Assembly: GCA_035268985.1 (NCBI GenBank)
Contig: DATFJV010000078.1
Location: 315-64,314 of the forward strand
Reading direction: 5' to 3'
Length of the DNA: 64,000 nt
Origin: Anaerovoracaceae bacterium
GTDB taxonomy: Bacteria > Bacillota > Clostridia > Peptostreptococcales > Anaerovoracaceae
Positions 1 to 10,844 of this stretch are shown one piece after another. The notes under the pieces are model-generated. The model saw nothing but the letters and a program-made list of their open reading frames with translations. It did not search any database and was not told the origin of the DNA. Position 1 is the first letter of the stretch. Each line of letters starts with the position of its first letter. The position numbers and the translations under genes are program-made.

Positions 1-33
1 CAGCCTCCGCAATTTTCGCTATCTTTACAAACT

Positions 34-1167
<1,134 letters not shown>

Positions 1168-1187
1168 TTACCTATAATTTTTATCAG

Positions 1188-2231
1188 TTACTCTATTAGC
1201 ATAGAATCTCCGTAGCTGAAAAATCTGTATTTTTCTGCTACAGCAGCTTCATAAGCCTTGATTATTTCTTCTTTATTATAGAAAGCGGAAATTAGCATTA
1301 AAAGGGTTGATTTAGGTAAGTGGAAATTGGTAACCATACTATCAACAATTTTAAATTTATACCCAGGATATATAAATATTCCAGTGCTTCCGTCTCCACT
1401 TTTTACTCTATATCCATCTTTTGTTTCATATGCCACACTTTCCAATGTTCTAACAGATGTGGTTCCAACTGCAACTAGCCTCTTATCACATTTAAGTGCA
1501 TCATTTATTATCTTTTCATATTCTTTAGATATGGTATATTCTTCAAAATGCATTTGATGTTCTTCAATATTTTCGCATTTAACAGGTCTAAAAGTTCCAA
1601 TACCAACATGTAAAGTTACATAAGCGATTTTTACACCTTTATCGTTTAAAGTTTTTAATATTTCATCAGTAAAATGAAGTCCAGCTGTAGGTGCTGCTAC
1701 GGACCCTGGTTCCTCACTATATACCGTTTGATATCTATCCTTATCCTCTTCTACGCTTTCCCTTTCAATATATGGAGGAAGTGGCATTTTACCTATTTCA
1801 TCTAATCTTTCGTAAAAAATACCTTCATATACAAATTTCACTATTCTTGTACCATCATCTCCATAGTCTACTATTTCAGCTTCAAATTTTTTATCATCTG
1901 AAAAAACCACCTTGTCTCCAGGTTTTAATCTTTTTCCTGGTTTTACCATAGTTTCCCAAAGATCATCTTTTATTCTCTTTATTAATAAAAATTCAATTTT
2001 TGCTCCTGTTACTGCTTTTTTACCATATAACCTAGCCGGTATTACCTTTGAATTATTCATTACTAATAAATCATCTTTATTTAAATAATCCACTATATTA
2101 TAAAACATTTTATGATTAATTGTTTCATTTTTCCTATTTAATACCATAAGTCTTGATTCTTCTCTTTTGTTTGCTGGTTTTTGAGCTATTAATTCCTTTG
2201 GCAATTCATAATCAAAATCCTTTATTTTCAA
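1188..2231 (-). CDS. queA: S-adenosylmethionine:tRNA ribosyltransferase-isomerase
   Basis: 347 aa; N-terminus MKIKDFDYELPKELIAQKP, LHVGIGTFRPV and AVGTTSVRTLES are typical QueA. Confidence 0.95.
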   Translation of the reverse strand: MKIKDFDYELPKELIAQKPANKREESRLMVLNRKNETINHKMFYNIVDYLNKDDLLVMNNSKVIPARLYGKKAVTGAKIEFLLIKRIKDDLWETMVKPGKRLKPGDKVVFSDDKKFEAEIVDYGDDGTRIVKFVYEGIFYERLDEIGKMPLPPYIERESVEEDKDRYQTVYSEEPGSVAAPTAGLHFTDEILKTLNDKGVKIAYVTLHVGIGTFRPVKCENIEEHQMHFEEYTISKEYEKIINDALKCDKRLVAVGTTSVRTLESVAYETKDGYRVKSGDGSTGIFIYPGYKFKIVDSMVTNFHLPKSTLLMLISAFYNKEEIIKAYEAAVAEKYRFFSYGDSMLIE

Positions 2232-2233
2232 TG

Positions 2234-3241
2234 CTAATCCTCCCGAAATAAGCCCATAAGACCTAAATGTTTATATGCATCCAATGATGCCATTCTTCCT
2301 TTTTGTGTTCTATATAATAAACCAGCTTGAATTAAATACGGCTCATTTACATCTTCCAATGTTACTCTTTCTTCACCTATAGCAGAGGCAATAGTTTCTA
2401 TCCCCACTGGTCCACCATTAAATCCTTTTATTATAGTTGTTAATATCTCTCTATCAAGCTTTTCCAATCCTAATTCATCAACTTCTAAAGAATCTAATGT
2501 AAACTTAGTTAAATCTTTATTAATTTTACCATTACCTTTAACCTCTGAAAAGTCTCTAACTCTTTTTAATAACCTATTGGCTATTCTAGGGGTTCCTCTG
2601 GAGCGCTTGGCTAATTCTAATATTGAATCATTATCTGCTGAAATTTTCATTACATTTGCTGATCTATTTATTATCTCTTCTAATTCATCATCCTCGTATA
2701 ACTCAAACTTGCTGATTATTCCAAATCGGTCCCTAAGTGGCGCGGATAAACTACCAGCTCTAGTGGTAGCACCTATTAATGTAAATTTTGCAATATCAAT
2801 TCTAAGGGATCTTGCAGAAGGTCCTTTACCAATTATTATATCCAACGCATAATCTTCCATGGCAGAATATAGAACTTCTTCCACCGATCTATTTAACCTG
2901 TGTATTTCGTCAATAAACAAAACATCATTTTCATTTAGATTTGTTAAAATTGCAGCCAAATCTCCAGCTCTTTCTATTGCCGGTCCAGAAGTAATCTTTA
3001 TGTCCACTTCAAGTTCATTGGCAACTATTGTAGCTAATGTTGTCTTACCCAAACCGGGAGGACCATAAAATAGTATATGGTCGAGGGGTTCATTTCTTTT
3101 TCTTGCTGCCTCTATATATACTTTTAGATTTTCCTTTGCATTCTTTTGCCCACAAAATTCTTTTAACTTTTGAGGTCTTAGGGTATTCTCACTATTAATA
3201 TCTTCCCTATTTACTGTTTTTGACGTTATTTTCTCTTCCAT
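2234..3241 (-). CDS. ruvB: Holliday junction branch migration helicase RuvB
   Basis: 335 aa; Walker [12 protein letters not shown], Walker [11 protein letters not shown], sensor region [16 protein letters not shown]. Confidence 0.97.
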   Translation of the reverse strand: MEEKITSKTVNREDINSENTLRPQKLKEFCGQKNAKENLKVYIEAARKRNEPLDHILFYGPPGLGKTTLATIVANELEVDIKITSGPAIERAGDLAAILTNLNENDVLFIDEIHRLNRSVEEVLYSAMEDYALDIIIGKGPSARSLRIDIAKFTLIGATTRAGSLSAPLRDRFGIISKFELYEDDELEEIINRSANVMKISADNDSILELAKRSRGTPRIANRLLKRVRDFSEVKGNGKINKDLTKFTLDSLEVDELGLEKLDREILTTIIKGFNGGPVGIETIASAIGEERVTLEDVNEPYLIQAGLLYRTQKGRMASLDAYKHLGLMGLFRED

Positions 3242-3253
3242 TAATATACATCC

Positions 3254-3850
3254 TTACATTAGATTCCTAAGAGCTATTTTCACATATTCTTCAACCTTTA
3301 ATTCATTATCTTCAATTCTCTCAATAAAATTTGTAGCCTCATTTTTTGAATAACCTAGGTTTGTTAAAGCAATGATAGCTTCTCTTTTTTCTTTAACTAA
3401 TCTACTTTGCATTCCCAGGTTGTTGTAGCAATTACCATCTGTAGTTACATCTATTTTATCACTTAATTCTAAAATTATTCTTTCTGAGGTTTTTTTACCT
3501 ATGCCATTGGCTTTTGATATTGATTTAGCGTCACCACTTACTATAAATAACTTAATTGTATTTATGTCCGCCAAAGATAATATGCTTAAACCTGCTTTAG
3601 GTCCTACACCATTTACTGATATTATTTTCTCAAATAATCTTAATGAGTCCTCATCAGGAAAGCCAAATAGGCTAAAACTATCTTCTTTTACTTGCATATG
3701 TGTAAAAGTGGTAACTATATCACCTTCTTTATTTAAAAGTAAAGGTGAATTATCAGGTACAAAAACTCTAAATCCGATCCCTGCTTGTGTTTGAATAACT
3801 ATAGCCCCTTTGTCATAGCAAAGATACTCACCTCTAATATGTCTAATCAT
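3254..3850 (-). CDS. ruvA: Holliday junction DNA-binding protein RuvA
   Basis: 198 aa; two helix-hairpin-helix motifs ([25 protein letters not shown]); 4-bp overlap with ruvC. Confidence 0.93.
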   Translation of the reverse strand: MIRHIRGEYLCYDKGAIVIQTQAGIGFRVFVPDNSPLLLNKEGDIVTTFTHMQVKEDSFSLFGFPDEDSLRLFEKIISVNGVGPKAGLSILSLADINTIKLFIVSGDAKSISKANGIGKKTSERIILELSDKIDVTTDGNCYNNLGMQSRLVKEKREAIIALTNLGYSKNEATNFIERIEDNELKVEEYVKIALRNLM

Positions 3851-4338
3851 AACCTCTCCTTTACCCTAGAATTCATGGAATTAGCATGACAAATTGCAGC
3901 TGCCAATGCGTCCGCTGTGTCATCAGGTTTTGGAACCTTATCCAAATTTAGCAATAGCCTAACCATATATTGAATTTGCTTTTTATCTGCCCTACCATAA
4001 CCGACTAATGCCTGTTTGATTTGTAATGGTGTATATTCGCTAATATTTAGACCACTTTCAGCACATGCTAAAACAGCAACGCCTCTAGCCTGACCAACCA
4101 TAATCGCAGTCTTCGCATTGCTGTTAAAAAACAATTCCTCAACGGAGGCATCCTCCGGCTTATATTTATTTATTATTTCCCCAAGTTCGCTGTAAAGCTT
4201 ACATAATCTATCGGGCATTTCCATCTTAGCATTTGTTGTAATTGCTCCATAATCAACAACTTCAAAGTGATTCCCTATATAATCTACAACTCCGTATCCT
4301 AATATAGCATAACCCGGATCAATTCCTAATATTCTCAT
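3847..4338 (-). CDS. ruvC: crossover junction endodeoxyribonuclease RuvC
   Basis: 163 aa; MRILGIDPG start and [14 protein letters not shown]-terminal catalytic region. Confidence 0.93.
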   Translation of the reverse strand: MRILGIDPGYAILGYGVVDYIGNHFEVVDYGAITTNAKMEMPDRLCKLYSELGEIINKYKPEDASVEELFFNSNAKTAIMVGQARGVAVLACAESGLNISEYTPLQIKQALVGYGRADKKQIQYMVRLLLNLDKVPKPDDTADALAAAICHANSMNSRVKERL

Positions 4339-4413
4339 AATTTACTCCTAATATATTTTAACAAATAAACAGATGTTTGTCTATATGCATATGCTTTTAA
4401 AGGAAATTTATCC

Positions 4414-4442
4414 TATGATTAACTATTCAAGTATGCTATAAT
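4414..4442 (+). promoter_or_regulatory. candidate sigma-A promoter of argR-recN (extended -10 TGcTATAAT)
   Basis: TGCTATAAT at 4434-4442; the -35 (TATGAT at 4414-4419, 17-bp spacer) is weak. Confidence 0.4.
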
Positions 4443-4481
4443 ACATACGTAAATGTATAATAATACAAAATAGGAGGTTTT

Positions 4482-4955
4482 ATGAGATACTCTAGACAAA
4501 ACAAGATACTTGAATTGATATCCACCTACGATATTGAAACACAAGATATGCTTTTAAACCTATTGAAAGATTCAGGCTTTGAAGTGACTCAAGCAACTAT
4601 ATCAAGGGATATTAAAGAATTGCAATTAATTAAAACACTTTCTCCTTTGGGAAGGTATAAGTATGCAGTTGGTAATTATACTGATAAACCAATTTCTGAT
4701 AGATTTGTAAAGATTTTTAGAGAAACTATTACTTCATATGAATCAGCAGAAAATCTTGTTGTTGTAAAGACTCTTTCAGGCTGCGGTAATGCTGCATGCG
4801 AAGCAATAGATTCCATGGCGTTACCCCATGTTGTTGGAACTATAGCTGGGGATAACACTTTTTTAATAATAGTTGATTCCAAAGGGAATGTCCCACCTGT
4901 TCTTGAAATTTTTAATGATATTATAACTATGAGGTTAAAAAATAATGATAAATAG
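4482..4955 (+). CDS. argR: arginine repressor
   Basis: 157 aa; winged-helix N-terminus (RQNKILELI...ATISRDIKEL) and C-terminal oligomerisation/arginine-binding core (GTIAGDNTFLII); GGAGG RBS. Confidence 0.9.
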   Translation: MRYSRQNKILELISTYDIETQDMLLNLLKDSGFEVTQATISRDIKELQLIKTLSPLGRYKYAVGNYTDKPISDRFVKIFRETITSYESAENLVVVKTLSGCGNAACEAIDSMALPHVVGTIAGDNTFLIIVDSKGNVPPVLEIFNDIITMRLKNNDK

Positions 4956-6561
4956 AATTGAAATTGAAAATTTTGCTACAATTTCAAAAACTAGTATTGA
5001 TTTGGAAAATGGTTTAAATATAATTACTGGTGAAACAGGAGCTGGTAAATCCGTTTTAGTTCAGGCAATTAGTATTGCCTTAGGGGCTAGAGCTGATACG
5101 ACCTATGTACGTACGGGTGAAGACAAAGCCATTATACAATTGGCTGGCAATTTATCGGGTAATGAAGTAATAATAAGTAGGGAAATTTATTCATCGGGTA
5201 AAAGTATATCTAAAATTAATGGCAGCCTAGTAACCCTTAATAATCTTCGTGAGTTTTGTGAAGGCTATGCGGATATACATGGTCAGTATGATAATCAATC
5301 ATTACTTGAACCTAATAATCATATAAACATACTTGATAAATTTAATAATCAAGTATTTTTTCATGAATTGAATGAATTGAAACTTGATTATGATGAATAT
5401 TTAAACTTGAACAATCAATACCAATCATTGTTAAATAAAGAAAAAGAATCTTTAAGTAAAAAAGATTATTATGAATTTGAATTATCATATATAGATAATC
5501 TCAAATTAATTGAAAAAGAAGACACTGAATTAGCAGATAGGATAAATATGCTTTCTAACAGTGAAAAAATTTATTCTTCTGTTAGTAAATCATATGTTGA
5601 TTTACATGAAAAAGATCAATCAATATTATCAGAAATTAAAAATATAGAATCTTCTTTAAATAATTTAAGGAATTATAGCAATGAGTTAAATGAACTAGCT
5701 GATTCTTTAAATGATATTTATTTCAACTTAGAGGATATTTCATCAAAATTGAGAAATATCAGTGAATCAATTAACTATTCTGAAGATGAAATAAACGAAT
5801 TATCGGAAAGACTTAGTTTGATTGAGGATGCCAAGAGAAAATATAAAAAAAGTATAACTGAAATACTTGAATATAGGGATAAAATAAATGATGAACTTAC
5901 CTTAATAGATAATTTTGATGATGAAAAAACTAAACTTTTTGATTTGAAGGAATCTTCTTTTAATAAAGCAATGGAAAGGGCTAACAAATTAAGCCAAATG
6001 AGAAAAAAAGTTGCTACCTATTTAGAAGTAGAAATGTCTAAACAACTTAAGGATTTGAATTTCCAAAACACTGAATTCAAAGTAAATTTCACAAAAGAAG
6101 TTCTTACAAAAAATGGATTTGATAAAATAGAGTTCTTAATATCTACTAACCCTGGAGATCCATTAAAACCACTGGCTAAAATAGCCTCAGGTGGAGAAAT
6201 ATCAAGGGTTATGTTAGCTTTAAAAGGAATTTTACGCAATCAAATACTTGTACCTACTATGATTTTTGATGAGATTGATACGGGTATAAGTGGTATAACC
6301 GCTTCTATTGTAGGTAAGAAACTTATGGATTTATCAATAAATCATCAAATAATATGCATTACGCACTTGCCTCAAATTGCAGCTTATGGTAATACAAACT
6401 ACACTATAATTAAAGAAAACATTGATAATAAATCACATACCATCGTTAAAAGATTAAACAATGTTGAAAAGGTAAATGATATAGCAAGATTATTAGGGGG
6501 GATGAATATAACTGAAACCACTAAAAATTCGGCCATTGAACTTATTAATACCGCTAATTAA
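4945..6561 (+). CDS. recN: DNA repair protein RecN
   Basis: 538 aa; Walker A GETGAGKS, long coiled-coil middle, signature SGGEISR, Walker B MIFDEID; argR-recN adjacency as in Bacillus ahrC-recN. Confidence 0.93.
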   Translation: MINRIEIENFATISKTSIDLENGLNIITGETGAGKSVLVQAISIALGARADTTYVRTGEDKAIIQLAGNLSGNEVIISREIYSSGKSISKINGSLVTLNNLREFCEGYADIHGQYDNQSLLEPNNHINILDKFNNQVFFHELNELKLDYDEYLNLNNQYQSLLNKEKESLSKKDYYEFELSYIDNLKLIEKEDTELADRINMLSNSEKIYSSVSKSYVDLHEKDQSILSEIKNIESSLNNLRNYSNELNELADSLNDIYFNLEDISSKLRNISESINYSEDEINELSERLSLIEDAKRKYKKSITEILEYRDKINDELTLIDNFDDEKTKLFDLKESSFNKAMERANKLSQMRKKVATYLEVEMSKQLKDLNFQNTEFKVNFTKEVLTKNGFDKIEFLISTNPGDPLKPLAKIASGGEISRVMLALKGILRNQILVPTMIFDEIDTGISGITASIVGKKLMDLSINHQIICITHLPQIAAYGNTNYTIIKENIDNKSHTIVKRLNNVEKVNDIARLLGGMNITETTKNSAIELINTAN

Positions 6562-6601
6562 TTATTTAAATAAATTAAGTTAACGTTGAGAGGAATTATT
6601 T

Positions 6602-7882
6602 ATGAAAAAAAATCTTGTATTACAAATCTTTATTGCATTTGTTGTAGGTCTTGGAGTCGGAATTATTTTATGGCTCTCAGACATTGATATTACAACATAT
6701 GTAACATGGGTATCACCATTTGGTAGCATATTTGTTTCAATGCTAAAGATGATAGTTGTTCCAGTTATATTTCTATCATTAATAGCAGGGGCTGCTTCCC
6801 TTCCGACTAATGAATTTGGTAAAATTGGTATTAGAGTTATAGTATGGTATCTAATAACTTCATTATTGGCAGCAGTAATGGGTTCAATATTAGCTATCTT
6901 TTTTAATCCTGGTGGTTCTTCTAGCAAAGAAGCCTGGCAAATACTTGCCAATACTGGTGAAGCATCTAGAATATCCAATGCTTCCAACAGTTCTATATTA
7001 GACGTATTTATCAATATGTTCCAAAACCCTTTCCAAGCATTAGCTGAAGGTAACTTTTTAGCTATTATCGTATTTGCTATAGGTTTTGGTTTAGCAATTA
7101 AAATCGTTCATGATACTACAAAAGATAGCAGTCTAAAAACCGGAATTATAACTCTATTAAACGTATTAAACGCTGCTAAAGAAGGAATCTTTAAAATCGT
7201 TGATTGGATTCTTGCATACTCACCTATAGGAGTTTTTGCTTTAACATCATGTAATTTTGCACAATATGGCTCTAGATTGTTTGGACCGTATGTAACATTA
7301 ACATTAGGTGTTGTTCTAGGTATATTATGTATGATGTTTGTTGTATATCCAATTCTAATGTTTTTAACCACAAAAAAAAGCCCACTAGGCTTTTACAAAG
7401 CAATTAGAGAAGCTATTTTAACTGGATTTGTAACTAGAAGTAGTGCAGCTACATTACCTGTTTCCATTACAGTGGCTAAAGAAGAACTTAATATCAAGGA
7501 GAGCTTATCCTCCTTCTCATTACCCCTTGGATCTACTATAAATATGGATGGAGTATGTGTTCACCTACCTATGTTCGCAATTTTAGCTTCTAATATGTTT
7601 GGTATTGAGCTTAGCTTTGGTTCTTTAGCAATATTAGTAATAACTACGGTATTAGCTTCAGTTGGAGCAGGAGGAGTGCCCGGAGGAAGCTTAATGCTTC
7701 TATTTATCATATTACAAAATATGGGACTGCCTGCAGCTGATATAGCTATTATAGTAGGTCTTGCACTTGGAATTAACCCTATCCTAGACATGTTTGAAAC
7801 TATGAATAATGTTACAGGCGATTTGGTTTGCACTTATTCGGTTGCTGAAATGTCAGACATGATGGAAAAAGAAGAAGCATAA
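6602..7882 (+). CDS. dicarboxylate/amino acid:cation symporter (DAACS/SDF family)
   Basis: 426 aa, polytopic membrane protein; family motifs FVTRSSAATLPVS and NMDG; substrate not assignable. Confidence 0.85.
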   Translation: MKKNLVLQIFIAFVVGLGVGIILWLSDIDITTYVTWVSPFGSIFVSMLKMIVVPVIFLSLIAGAASLPTNEFGKIGIRVIVWYLITSLLAAVMGSILAIFFNPGGSSSKEAWQILANTGEASRISNASNSSILDVFINMFQNPFQALAEGNFLAIIVFAIGFGLAIKIVHDTTKDSSLKTGIITLLNVLNAAKEGIFKIVDWILAYSPIGVFALTSCNFAQYGSRLFGPYVTLTLGVVLGILCMMFVVYPILMFLTTKKSPLGFYKAIREAILTGFVTRSSAATLPVSITVAKEELNIKESLSSFSLPLGSTINMDGVCVHLPMFAILASNMFGIELSFGSLAILVITTVLASVGAGGVPGGSLMLLFIILQNMGLPAADIAIIVGLALGINPILDMFETMNNVTGDLVCTYSVAEMSDMMEKEEA

Positions 7883-7974
7883 AAAATATATAAATAATTG
7901 ATTAGACTAAAAGCGCTATATGATGTATCCCTTGTCAAGTAGACACGGCAAATAATTAAATTAAATTTTAGATT

Positions 7975-8014
7975 GTAACCAGCATTTCATTTGATATGCT
8001 GGTTACATTTTTTT
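7975..8014 (+). terminator. rho-independent terminator usable by the symporter gene (lies inside the IS relic)
   Basis: 11-bp perfect stem GTAACCAGCAT/ATGCTGGTTAC (7975-7985/7996-8006), 10-nt loop, then ATTTTTTT. Confidence 0.6.
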
Positions 8015-8425
8015 AATTGCTATTATGCAAGTTGCTTCTTCTTTTTCTCGTTCAAGTTTCGCAACTTTTCGTTCCATTTTTTCTAAGTCAGCAAGCTCAC
8101 TTTCTTATTTTCTTTTTCCGCGCCTATCAAGTAGAGTTTTTTCTCCACCTGCTTCATATTTGCGAACCCATTGATATATCTGAGCATAGTTGCAGCCATA
8201 TTTAAGTGCAGTGCTTTTGATATCTCTATCATGTGCAAGGCAGTCCTTTACGATTTTTAATGGTTCTTCATATGCGGAATACTTAGTAGCCCATAATCTA
8301 ATTCTATTGTCTCCTCTCTTTCCCAAATTCAATTCTTCAGCTAACCTATTTGCAGATTTTTTCCCTGACAGATAATCCTTACATACTAGAGCTTTCTGCT
8401 CAACGGCATATTTTGGTTTGGCCAT
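8003..8425 (-). pseudogene. IS3-family OrfA (double helix-turn-helix) remnant
   Basis: 106 codons (MAKPKY...LLDRRGKRK) end at TAA 8105-8107. The same frame continues for 33 codons of coiled coil (ESELADLEKMERKVAKLEREKEE...) to TAA 8003-8005. No frameshift partner orfB follows. Confidence 0.6.
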
Positions 8426-8522
8426 AAAAAAGTCCCACCTCCATAGATAAATGAAATTTAATTATTTCATCTGTCTACCTAAGTGGGATTTTATCAATCA
8501 GCGCTTTTTTGTTATTTTTAAT

Positions 8523-8550
8523 ATAAAAATGGCTGAGATTAATCTCAGCC
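8523..8550 (-). terminator. rho-independent terminator after the UPF0210 gene
   Basis: Stem GGCTGAGA/TCTCAGCC (8531-8538/8543-8550), loop TTAA, followed on the minus strand by ATTTTTAT. Confidence 0.65.
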
Positions 8551-8557
8551 TCTAAAA

Positions 8558-9916
8558 CTAATTCTTTAAACTTTGAAGAGGCGCTGGTATCTTTCCACCT
8601 CTATTTATTATTACTGATGAAGACTCTTTTTTTAGTTTCATAACGGGTCCCCTACCTAGTAGTCCTCCAAAATCAAGGCTATCGCCATCCTTTAATCCAA
8701 CTGCTGGAATTAATCTAACCGCAGTCGTTTTTGAATTTACCATACCAATGGCAGCCTCATCTGCGATTATTGCGGATATTGTTTCCGCCGGTGTATCACC
8801 TGGCACTATTATCATATCAAGTCCCACTGAACAAACGGCAGTCATTGCTTCAAGCTTTTCTATACATAGAGCCCCACTTTCAGCAGCAGCAATCATTCCT
8901 GCGTCTTCACTTACTGGTATAAAAGCTCCTGATAATCCTCCTACGCTGGAAGACGCCATAACTCCACCTTTTTTAACTGCATCATTTAACATTGCCAATG
9001 CTGCAGTTGTACCATGAGTCCCACATTGCTCAAGTCCTATTTCTTCTAGTATATATGCAACGGAATCTCCTATTGCAGGTGTTGGAGCTAAGGAAAGATC
9101 CACTATTCCAAAGGAAACGTCAAGCATACTGGACGCTTCTGTGCCTACAAGCTGTCCCATTCTAGTTATTTTAAATGCAACTTTTTTTATGGTTTCTGCC
9201 ACTTCGTTAAGAGGTGCATCCTTAGGCATTTTAGCAAGTGCTGCTCTAACTACGCCAGGTCCTGATACTCCCACATTTATAACACAATCAGCTTCTCCAA
9301 CTCCATGAAAGGCCCCTGCCATAAACGGATTGTCCTCTGGTGCGTTACAAAATACTACTAGTTTAGCAGCACCTATGCACTGATTATCCTTAGTTAATTC
9401 AGCAGTTTCTTTTACCTTTTGACCCATTATTTTAACAGCATCCATATTTATGCCTGCTTTTGTAGAGCCAATATTAATTGATGAACACACTATATCGGTT
9501 TCTGATAATGCTCTAGGAATGGATTCTATAAGTTCTTTATCTCCCGCGCTAAAACCTTTTTGCACAAGTGCTGAATATCCACCTATAAAATTGACTCCTA
9601 TTTTCTTCGCTGCTCTATCTAACGTTTTTGCATATTTGACAGGATCTCCACCAGATACTCCAAGCAACAAAGCTATTGGTGTTACTGATACCCTTTTATT
9701 TATAATAGGTATACCGTATTTCTTTTCAATGAATTCGCCAGTTTCCACTAGTTTTTCAGCTTTACTAACTATCTTGTTATATACTTTTTCACAAGATTTA
9801 TCTATGTCAGCATCGGCACAATCTATTAAAGATATGCCCATGGTAATGGTTCTAATATCAAGGTTCTCTTCATCAATCATTGATATTGTTTCCATTATGT
9901 CATTCATATTTATCAT
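8558..9916 (-). CDS. UPF0210/DUF711 family protein (function unknown)
   Basis: 452 aa; length and sequence ([10 protein letters not shown]..., [13 protein letters not shown]) typical of the UPF0210 family that pairs with a small ACT protein. Confidence 0.85.
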   Translation of the reverse strand: MINMNDIMETISMIDEENLDIRTITMGISLIDCADADIDKSCEKVYNKIVSKAEKLVETGEFIEKKYGIPIINKRVSVTPIALLLGVSGGDPVKYAKTLDRAAKKIGVNFIGGYSALVQKGFSAGDKELIESIPRALSETDIVCSSINIGSTKAGINMDAVKIMGQKVKETAELTKDNQCIGAAKLVVFCNAPEDNPFMAGAFHGVGEADCVINVGVSGPGVVRAALAKMPKDAPLNEVAETIKKVAFKITRMGQLVGTEASSMLDVSFGIVDLSLAPTPAIGDSVAYILEEIGLEQCGTHGTTAALAMLNDAVKKGGVMASSSVGGLSGAFIPVSEDAGMIAAAESGALCIEKLEAMTAVCSVGLDMIIVPGDTPAETISAIIADEAAIGMVNSKTTAVRLIPAVGLKDGDSLDFGGLLGRGPVMKLKKESSSVIINRGGKIPAPLQSLKN

Positions 9917-9928
9917 TTGGAACCTCCG

Positions 9929-10192
9929 TTATATTCTGTGCATTGAATTAAAGATATCTTCGTGCATTACATGTACGACCATCTCAGGGACTGCTTTTGC
10001 AATCTTTTCCTCGATGCTTTTAATATCTTCACTATCATCCATAACGTCAACTACCATGATCATACAGAAATACCCATCCAAAACTGATTGTGTAACATCA
10101 ATTATATTACTATTTGTCTCTTCACATATCTTAGATACATTCGCCAAAATTCCTGTTTTATCCTTACCTATTACTGTAATAACAGCTTTCAT
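9929..10192 (-). CDS. ACT domain-containing protein (UPF0237 type)
   Basis: 87 aa; MKAVITVIGKDKTGILANVS beta-alpha-beta ACT start; immediately upstream of the UPF0210 gene. Confidence 0.85.
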   Translation of the reverse strand: MKAVITVIGKDKTGILANVSKICEETNSNIIDVTQSVLDGYFCMIMVVDVMDDSEDIKSIEEKIAKAVPEMVVHVMHEDIFNSMHRI

Positions 10193-10238
10193 ATATTTAA
10201 TCCCCCTTGAATTATACTATTGAACATTTTAACAAATT

Positions 10239-10844
10239 TCATGACAAATTACCACCTAATTTCAAATTTATTTTTGATGATATGAATATAGAAAGTATGT
10301 TTACAATTAATGCTATACATAATATAATTATTTCTATATTAGTATTATAGAACATATCAATTTCTAATATCGATAAATTAGTTCCTAGCATTGTTGTAAG
10401 TGCCATTAGTCCAATAAATGCAAATCTACCCTTTTCTACACCAAATTTAAACATAATTGGCATATTAATTGCTGAAATTATAAGGGCAACACCTAATATA
10501 GATATTACTATTGATGGCTCAATTAATGCCTTATATTCCTCAATAAATATCGATAGTATGAAGTGAAGTAAATAACTCATAGCAGTAACAATTCCCATAA
10601 GCAAATAACCCAATATATATTTGCTATAAATAATTTCTCTAGAACTGTAAGGCATCATATTTTGTAATTCATTCCATTTAGATCTTTCATCATATGCTAT
10701 GGCAGTTATGGGAAGCATTGCTGCAAATACAATCACAAAATTGCTTAAAAATTCATCAGGTATCAAGACAAAGCCAATAATCATAATAAAATAAATCTTA
10801 TGCCTACTAATTGTTAATATATCCTTTAATAATAAACCTACCAT
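10239..10844 (-). CDS. ABC-2 type transporter permease
   Basis: 201 aa with about six hydrophobic segments; its start overlaps the ATPase stop by 1 nt (TAATG). Confidence 0.7.
   Translation of the reverse strand: MVGLLLKDILTISRHKIYFIMIIGFVLIPDEFLSNFVIVFAAMLPITAIAYDERSKWNELQNMMPYSSREIIYSKYILGYLLMGIVTAMSYLLHFILSIFIEEYKALIEPSIVISILGVALIISAINMPIMFKFGVEKGRFAFIGLMALTTMLGTNLSILEIDMFYNTNIEIIILCIALIVNILSIFISSKINLKLGGNLS

Larger units (their letters stand above)
7921..8496 (-). mobile_element. IS3-family (IS150-like) relic, orfB deleted, with both terminal inverted repeats
   Basis: Ends TGATGTATCCCTTGTCAAGTAGACA (7921->) and TGATAAAATCCCACTTAGGTAGACA (8496<-, minus strand) are imperfect inverted repeats. 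Interior holds only an OrfA-like double-HTH reading frame and no DDE/rve coding capacity. Confidence 0.65.

Noticed and set aside
8105-8425. Treating the 106-aa HTH ORF as a free-standing regulator or antitoxin
   Set aside because: It is bracketed by IS-type inverted repeats. It has the IS3 OrfA double-HTH layout ending in ...DRRGKRK, and the leucine-zipper-like continuation lies in frame beyond its stop. A relic transposase OrfA is the simpler reading, although residual DNA-binding function cannot be excluded.
9450-10223. 257-aa plus-strand ORF
   Set aside because: It lies antisense to the UPF0210 and ACT genes and even bridges their intergenic gap. Composition is Ser/Ile/Leu/Phe-rich and low-complexity, as expected from reading AT-rich codons backwards. 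It has no RBS. The minus-strand genes have clear family identity.
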